Below, in pieces: positions 27,542-32,000 of a stretch of 32,000 nt of DNA (positions are counted from its first letter, which is position 1; each line of letters starts with the position of its first letter). The notes under the pieces were generated by a model. That model did not search any database. It saw only the letters and a list, made by a program, of their open reading frames with translations, and was not told where the DNA came from. Origin of the DNA: Loktanella sp. R86503 (GTDB lineage Bacteria; Pseudomonadota; Alphaproteobacteria; Rhodobacterales; Rhodobacteraceae). The stretch lies in contig NZ_JAXHCI010000002.1 of the NCBI RefSeq assembly GCF_042466455.1, positions 1,470,834 to 1,502,833 of the forward strand. The letters run 5' to 3'. A program made the translations under genes and the position numbers.

Positions 27542-28597
27542 TTAGTGGCGCGGATAGTCATCCCCGCCAAAGCTGCGCGGGATGCGGGCCGTGCGATCGG
27601 CTGCAATGCGGCGGGCGCGGGATTGTCGGCCCAGTTGGCCAAACAGCGCACCAGCGGCCAGCGCCAAAAGCGGGACGCCGATAAAGGCCGCCTTGCGGGC
27701 GCGGTCTGCATCAACGATCACGCCATGATCCGACGCGCGGTCGCTGTAGGATCCGGCGGCGCTGGCGGGGTAATCGACAGGATCATACAGATTGCCAGCT
27801 TCCACACCTGGGGCCGGGCGGTCGGATTTCTGGCCGCTGATCCCGTCTTTGGACATCCGCCTGTCCAGATAGTTCGGCATCAGGAATTGGCCAAAGACCA
27901 GTTTCAGTACGGAACTGCCGACAAAGATCTCTCTGGCGTTTGTGTCGATGGCTTGCATGACAGCGTCGGCAGCGACCTGCGCGGTATAGATCGGCGGGGC
28001 CGGTTGCGGTTGGCGCGACAGGCGGCTGCGGGCCCAGTCGAATTGCGGCGTATTCATCGCTGGCAATTGCACAAGGGACAGGCCGATGGGCGAACCTTCG
28101 GCGATCAATTCAGAGCGGACGGAAGAGGTGAAGCCGTTGATGGCATGTTTGGCGGCGCAATAGGCCGATTGCAGCGGCACGGACCGGTAGGACAGGCCAG
28201 AGCCGATATTGACGATATTACCGCCCCTCATATGGCGCAGGGCGGCGCGGGTGCCGTTGACCTGACCCATCAGCGTCGTGCGGATAATACGGTCGAAGTC
28301 TTCGGCGGGGGTGTTTTTGAACGCGGAAAAGCTGGTTGCCATGGCGCAGTTTACCCAGACATCCGGTCGGCCAAGGCGGTCCACCAGATGATCCGCCGCG
28401 GCGTCAAGTTGGCCCGTATCGCCGGCATCGGCCCCGTATGTAGCAACGCCGATCTGTTCGAGTTCGTCCAGCCGCATGCGCCCGCGGGCGATGACTCCGA
28501 CCGCATAGCCGCGCCCGCGCAGGGCATCGACAACAGCGCGACCGACGCCTGCACTGCCGCCAATGACGATAGCGACCTTATTTTTAGATGATGACAT
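27542..28597 (-). CDS. SDR-family oxidoreductase with C-terminal membrane-anchor extension
   Basis: The start was re-set to ATG 28597 (AGGAG RBS), giving 351 aa. It has the Rossmann motif VIGGSAGVG and the catalytic YCAAKHA. The extra ~100-aa C-terminal tail contains a hydrophobic helix, AAFIGVPLLALAAGALFGQL. Confidence 0.85.
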   Translation of the reverse strand: MSSSKNKVAIVIGGSAGVGRAVVDALRGRGYAVGVIARGRMRLDELEQIGVATYGADAGDTGQLDAAADHLVDRLGRPDVWVNCAMATSFSAFKNTPAEDFDRIIRTTLMGQVNGTRAALRHMRGGNIVNIGSGLSYRSVPLQSAYCAAKHAINGFTSSVRSELIAEGSPIGLSLVQLPAMNTPQFDWARSRLSRQPQPAPPIYTAQVAADAVMQAIDTNAREIFVGSSVLKLVFGQFLMPNYLDRRMSKDGISGQKSDRPAPGVEAGNLYDPVDYPASAAGSYSDRASDHGVIVDADRARKAAFIGVPLLALAAGALFGQLGRQSRARRIAADRTARIPRSFGGDDYPRH

Positions 28598-28661
28598 GAT
28601 CAGTCTCCTTTGACAGACAATGCCGCACCGGCCGCTTTGGTTCATTCGGAGCGTTTAAAAT

Positions 28662-28689
28662 ACAAAAGGCCGCCCCCGCAGGGACGGCC
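28662..28689 (-). terminator. rplI terminator
   Basis: On the minus strand: GGCCGUCCC-UGCG-GGGGCGGCC (one G-U pair) followed by UUUUGUAUUUU. Confidence 0.65.
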
Positions 28690-28712
28690 TGATGTGTTCG
28701 CAAGCGTTGTGC

Positions 28713-29288
28713 TTACTCTTCGTCGTCGTTCCCGGCAGAACCCAGATCGTCGAACAGTTCCTGAATTTCGAATTCAGCTGCTGCTTCTTCCTCAGCGGCG
28801 AGTTCCTGAATGGACTTGCCGGCGGCCTGAAGCTCTGCCTCTTCCTTGGAGCGGGCGACGTTCAGTGTGACCGTTGCCGTGACTTCGGGGTGCAGGTTCA
28901 GTGTGACGTCGTGCAGGCCCAGATCCTTGATCGGACCCTGCAGAACGACCTGGTTGCGGTCGATCTTGAAGCCGTTTTCGGCAGCTGCATCAGCCACGTC
29001 ACGCGGTGTGACGGAACCGTAAAGCGAGCCGGCGTCGGAAGCGGAACGGATGATGACGAAGGATTCGCCGTCGATCTTGTCAGCTTCAGCCTGGGCAGTC
29101 GCACGCGTTTCGGCGTTGCGGGCTTCCAGGGCAGCTTTTTCAGCTTCGAAGCGGGCCAGGTTTGCGGCGTTCACGCGCAGACCTTTGCCTTGCGGCAGCA
29201 GGAAGTTACGGGCGTAACCGTCCTTGACGTTCACGACTTCACCCATTTGACCAAGCTTGGCCACACGTTCCAGAAGAATGATTTGCAT
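28713..29288 (-). CDS. rplI: 50S ribosomal protein L9
   Basis: 191 aa reading [38 protein letters not shown].., with an acidic C-terminal tail. Confidence 0.95.
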   Translation of the reverse strand: MQIILLERVAKLGQMGEVVNVKDGYARNFLLPQGKGLRVNAANLARFEAEKAALEARNAETRATAQAEADKIDGESFVIIRSASDAGSLYGSVTPRDVADAAAENGFKIDRNQVVLQGPIKDLGLHDVTLNLHPEVTATVTLNVARSKEEAELQAAGKSIQELAAEEEAAAEFEIQELFDDLGSAGNDDEE

Positions 29289-29300
29289 GATGTATGCTCC

Positions 29301-29528
29301 TTACTTCACGGCGTAGGGCAGCAGGGCCAGGAACCGTGCGCGCTTGATCGCTTGTGCGAGCTTGCGCTGGTTCTTGGAGCCGACGGCGGTGATACGGGCG
29401 GGGACGATCTTGCCGCGCTCAGAGATGTAGCGCTGCAGGGTGCGGGTGTCTTTGTAGTCGATCGCGGGGGCGTCTTCACCCTCGAACGGATCGGACTTAC
29501 GACGACGGAAAAATGGTTTCGTTGCCAT
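29301..29528 (-). CDS. rpsR: 30S ribosomal protein S18
   Basis: 75 aa containing ..IDYKD...[35 protein letters not shown]. Confidence 0.95.
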   Translation of the reverse strand: MATKPFFRRRKSDPFEGEDAPAIDYKDTRTLQRYISERGKIVPARITAVGSKNQRKLAQAIKRARFLALLPYAVK

Positions 29529-29554
29529 GATTTATGGTCCTTTCCTGATCTGAA

Positions 29555-29908
29555 TTAACGGCGCTCGCGACGGGTGTCGCGTTCGTCGCGCTTTTGCATC
29601 TGCACGGAAGGCAGTTCGGCGTGTGCGTCGACCTTGATGGTCAGAACGCGCATCACGTCTTCATGCAAGCGCATCAGGCGTTCCATTTCCTGCACAGCGG
29701 ACGCAGGCGCGTCAGAGCGCAGAAAGGCGTAGTGGCCCTTGCGGTTCTTGTTGATCTTGTAGGCCATCGTCTTGACGCCCCAGTATTCACTGTCGACCAG
29801 CTTGCCGTCGTTGTCGGCCAGCACTGTGCCAAAGTGTTCGATCAGGGCTTCTGCTTGCGTGTTGGACAAGTCCTGACGCGCAATCATCACATGCTCATAA
29901 AGCGGCAT
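29555..29908 (-). CDS. rpsF: 30S ribosomal protein S6
   Basis: The start was re-set to ATG 29908 (MPLYEHVMIARQDLS..; AAGGAA RBS), giving 117 aa. Confidence 0.95.
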   Translation of the reverse strand: MPLYEHVMIARQDLSNTQAEALIEHFGTVLADNDGKLVDSEYWGVKTMAYKINKNRKGHYAFLRSDAPASAVQEMERLMRLHEDVMRVLTIKVDAHAELPSVQMQKRDERDTRRERR

Positions 29909-30217
29909 GGCGTTCCTTTTCATATTGTTCGACGCATTTCATAGGACGGGACCAATACCTTCCGCACCCCGACCACGAGAGACTGCGCAGTGAATAACCA
30001 TTGCGGAAGTGGGCCGCTTATACACAAAGCGGGGGATGGCGCAACCCGCGGCTTGCGCGGTGGGTGCGATTGCATCGGGGCAGGATGCGTTAACCATTAG
30101 GGCAGTCAGACTAACAAAAGTCTAATTCCTAACATGACCTTAACGATGCCATGTTTTTGCCGCGAAGTCAGGGCCTTTTCAAACGACGTCAATCATCAGC
30201 AAAGAAAAGGTCCAATC

Positions 30218-30799
30218 ATGACGGACATGCCAGATACCAGCCGCGCCGTAACAATCGAGCAGCGCCGCCTTAAACAGGCAGATCTGGTTGTGACGGGCTT
30301 TTCTATACAAGAGGCCTATTGGGGATACCGCATCATACCAGAGGGCGCGCCGCCGCTTCGGCTGGTGGCGATGCAGGCGGCTGCAATGCTGGGCGGGGCT
30401 GCGCTGATTGCAGGTTCTGTTGCGCTGATGTTCATGAGCCGGTCGACGGATTTCATGTTCATGGTTCCGGCAATCTTGTTGCTGATGGCGTTGGGAACGT
30501 CGCTGATGTGGTTCGCAAGCCGGGGCACCATGATCAATATCGAGGTGGATGCGATGGCCGGCGAAGTGCGCGAGGTCGTCAGAAACCGGACGGGCGGGCT
30601 GTCCGTAATTTCCCGCTACGGGTTCGACTGCGTGGGCAGCGTCTTTATCCAGCGGCCTGCTGCGGGACCGGCGACACTGATGCTTCGCTATCGCAACACG
30701 GCGCGGACACTGGCGGTTGCATCGGGGTCAGAGGCGGATCTGGCGCGGCTGCGTGACCGGATGGGTCGCGATCTGATCGTAAAACGCGAGGCGGTTTAA
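30218..30799 (+). CDS. hypothetical membrane protein (two TM helices)
   Basis: The track ORF starts at 30134. The ATG at 30218 is preferred (AAAGG upstream), giving 193 aa. It has two adjacent hydrophobic helices followed by a soluble C-terminal domain. I recognise no family. Confidence 0.55.
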   Translation: MTDMPDTSRAVTIEQRRLKQADLVVTGFSIQEAYWGYRIIPEGAPPLRLVAMQAAAMLGGAALIAGSVALMFMSRSTDFMFMVPAILLLMALGTSLMWFASRGTMINIEVDAMAGEVREVVRNRTGGLSVISRYGFDCVGSVFIQRPAAGPATLMLRYRNTARTLAVASGSEADLARLRDRMGRDLIVKREAV

Positions 30800-30807
30800 G
30801 TGGTCAT

Positions 30808-30833
30808 GGCCGCGCAGTCGCGCGGCCGTTTCT
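30808..30833 (+). terminator. rho-independent terminator
   Basis: GGCCGCGC-agtc-GCGCGGCC followed by GTTTCT, 9 nt after the stop. Confidence 0.65.
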
Positions 30834-30956
30834 GGCCGGTGTGACACGCGGCGGGGCATTGCCGAACACAATCTGTTCATTCTTGCTGGATTGCCCTGCG
30901 GCATTGGCGGCGTCATCTGTTGGTGCAAGTTCAACAACCACCGGAGAGACCAGACC

Positions 30957-31532
30957 ATGAAGATCCTGACGACGTCCGCCGCCGCCCTGACCCTGCTGGC
31001 CGCACCCGCATTCGCAGCGCCAGAGGCTTATACGCTGGACCCAAGCCACAGCCAGATCGTGTTCGATTACAACCACCTTGGTTTTTCCACCGGGATGGGC
31101 ATGTTTTCGGGCTTTGAAGGCACGATACAGTTCGATCAGGAAGATCCGGCCAATTCGTCCGTCGAAGTCGCGTTCCCCGTGCGCAGCATGATGACCGGCT
31201 GGGAAGGCCGTTTCGAGCATTTCATGTCCGATGACTTTTTTGGCGCAGGCGAAGACGAGATGGTGACGTTCAAGTCCACCGCCATCGAAGTGACCGGCGA
31301 CAACACCGCGTTGATCACCGGCGATCTGACGCTGAACGACGTAACCAAGTCGGTTGTTCTGGATGCCAAGCTGAATCAGGCCGCCGATCACCCGATGGAA
31401 GGCAAGCCTTGGGCTGGCTTTGACGCGACCACGACGCTGCTGCGTTCCGACTACAACGTTGGCCAGTTCGCGCCCTTCGTCAGCGATGAAGTGAACGTGA
31501 AAATTTCGATCGAGGCGATGAAGGCTGAATAA
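30957..31532 (+). CDS. YceI-family periplasmic polyisoprenoid-binding protein
   Basis: The start was re-set to ATG 30957 (GGAGAG RBS; MKILTTSAAALTLLAAPAFA signal peptide), giving 191 aa. Contains YceI motifs Y.LDPSHS.I.F...HLGFS...G.F..F.G.I.FD and ..ITGDLTLN.VTK.V. Confidence 0.85.
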   Translation: MKILTTSAAALTLLAAPAFAAPEAYTLDPSHSQIVFDYNHLGFSTGMGMFSGFEGTIQFDQEDPANSSVEVAFPVRSMMTGWEGRFEHFMSDDFFGAGEDEMVTFKSTAIEVTGDNTALITGDLTLNDVTKSVVLDAKLNQAADHPMEGKPWAGFDATTTLLRSDYNVGQFAPFVSDEVNVKISIEAMKAE

Positions 31533-31584
31533 GCCAGGGCGATGCCTGCGGCGCGCTGTGCTGCGGCTTGGCTAGGATAAAGGA

Positions 31585-31616
31585 TGCGGGGGCGGGAAAA
31601 CCGCCCTCGCATTTTT
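31585..31616 (+). terminator. yceI-family gene terminator
   Basis: TGCGGGGGCGG-gaaaa-CCGCCCTCGCA (one G-U pair) followed by TTTTT. Confidence 0.7.
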
Positions 31617-31632
31617 GCATTTTAGGGGGCGA

Positions 31633-32000
31633 TCAGATCGCCTTTTGATTGACGCGCTTTGACAGCTCTGCCGCGCTTTCCTTGCGTTCACTGTAGCGGT
31701 CAAGCAGGTAGTCTTGATTGCCGCGGGTCAGGAGTGTGAATTTCATCAGCTCCTCCATCACGTCGACGATTCGGTCATAGAACGGCGAGGGCTTCATGCG
31801 GTCCGCATCGTCGAATTCCAGAAATGCCTTTGGTGTGGAGGATTGGTTGGGAATCGTCAGAAGGCGCATCCAGCGGCCAAGGATGCGCAGCTGGTTGACG
31901 GTGTTGAAGCTTTGGCTGCCGCCGCTGACCTGCATGACGGCCAGCGTTTTGCCCTGCGTGGGGCGCACGCCGCCAAGGGAAAGGGGAATCCAGTCGATTT
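31633..32000 (-). CDS. arsH: arsenical resistance protein ArsH (NADPH-dependent FMN reductase), 5'-truncated by the window edge
   Basis: The frame stays open to the window end. The translation ..[54 protein letters not shown]...F.EFD...RMKPS.YYDR.VDVMEEL.KFTLLTR......DRYSERKES is the highly conserved ArsH C-terminal half. Confidence 0.85.
   Translation of the reverse strand, partial: IDWIPLSLGGVRPTQGKTLAVMQVSGGSQSFNTVNQLRILGRWMRLLTIPNQSSTPKAFLEFDDADRMKPSPFYDRIVDVMEELMKFTLLTRGNQDYLLDRYSERKESAAELSKRVNQKAI

Noticed and set aside
27497-28591. 364-aa plus-strand ORF opposite the SDR gene
   Set aside because: Antisense shadow ORF. The minus-strand frame has clear SDR motifs and a good RBS.
28713-28790. 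Acidic C-terminal tail of L9 (..[26 protein letters not shown])
   Set aside because: This is a compositional extension, in frame and contiguous with a normal L9. There is no evidence of a fusion or a separate gene.

Overview
This is a GC-rich alphaproteobacterial chromosome segment. Gene content and order look like Rhodobacteraceae (Rhodobacter/roseobacter group). Most of it is conserved housekeeping. In order: a TspO-like membrane protein, serS, yajC-secD-secF, an Mth938-like gene, the cytochrome c maturation cluster ccmABCDG (the helABCDX arrangement), acnA, a DUF1223 protein, an LpxL/HtrB-family acyltransferase, purB, a DUF6314-like protein, a small lipoprotein, glnB-glnA, nnr, a stand-alone Hint-domain protein, tRNA-Leu(UAG), tig, a secreted hypothetical, a CpdB-like periplasmic nucleotidase, an SDR, rpsF-rpsR-rplI, a membrane hypothetical, a YceI protein and the 3' part of arsH. 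I see no transposase, integrase, phage gene, CRISPR array or recognisable defence system. The one clearly accessory, regulatory island is about 13.26-16.39 kb. There, luxR-luxI (AHL quorum sensing) lies divergent from a LuxR paralogue that keeps the autoinducer-binding domain but has no HTH. That paralogue sits 44 bp upstream of, and co-oriented with, an isolated fliG. A perfect CtrA-type box (TTAA-N7-TTAA) lies between luxR and luxI. This QS / CtrA / rotor-protein arrangement is my best candidate for something under-described, but the functional link is inference only. Other items worth a second look are: a 131-bp nested palindrome (23-bp outer stem enclosing three hairpins) in the ccmG-acnA spacer; a perfect 18-bp AT-rich palindrome in the acnA/DUF1223 divergent promoter; the stand-alone Hint (bacterial intein-like) protein; and degenerate 15-bp tandem repeats at the 5' end of the acyltransferase gene. 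Many long ORFs in the supplied track are antisense shadow ORFs typical of high-GC DNA, and several track ORFs carry spurious N-terminal extensions. I re-set those starts by reading the sequence.
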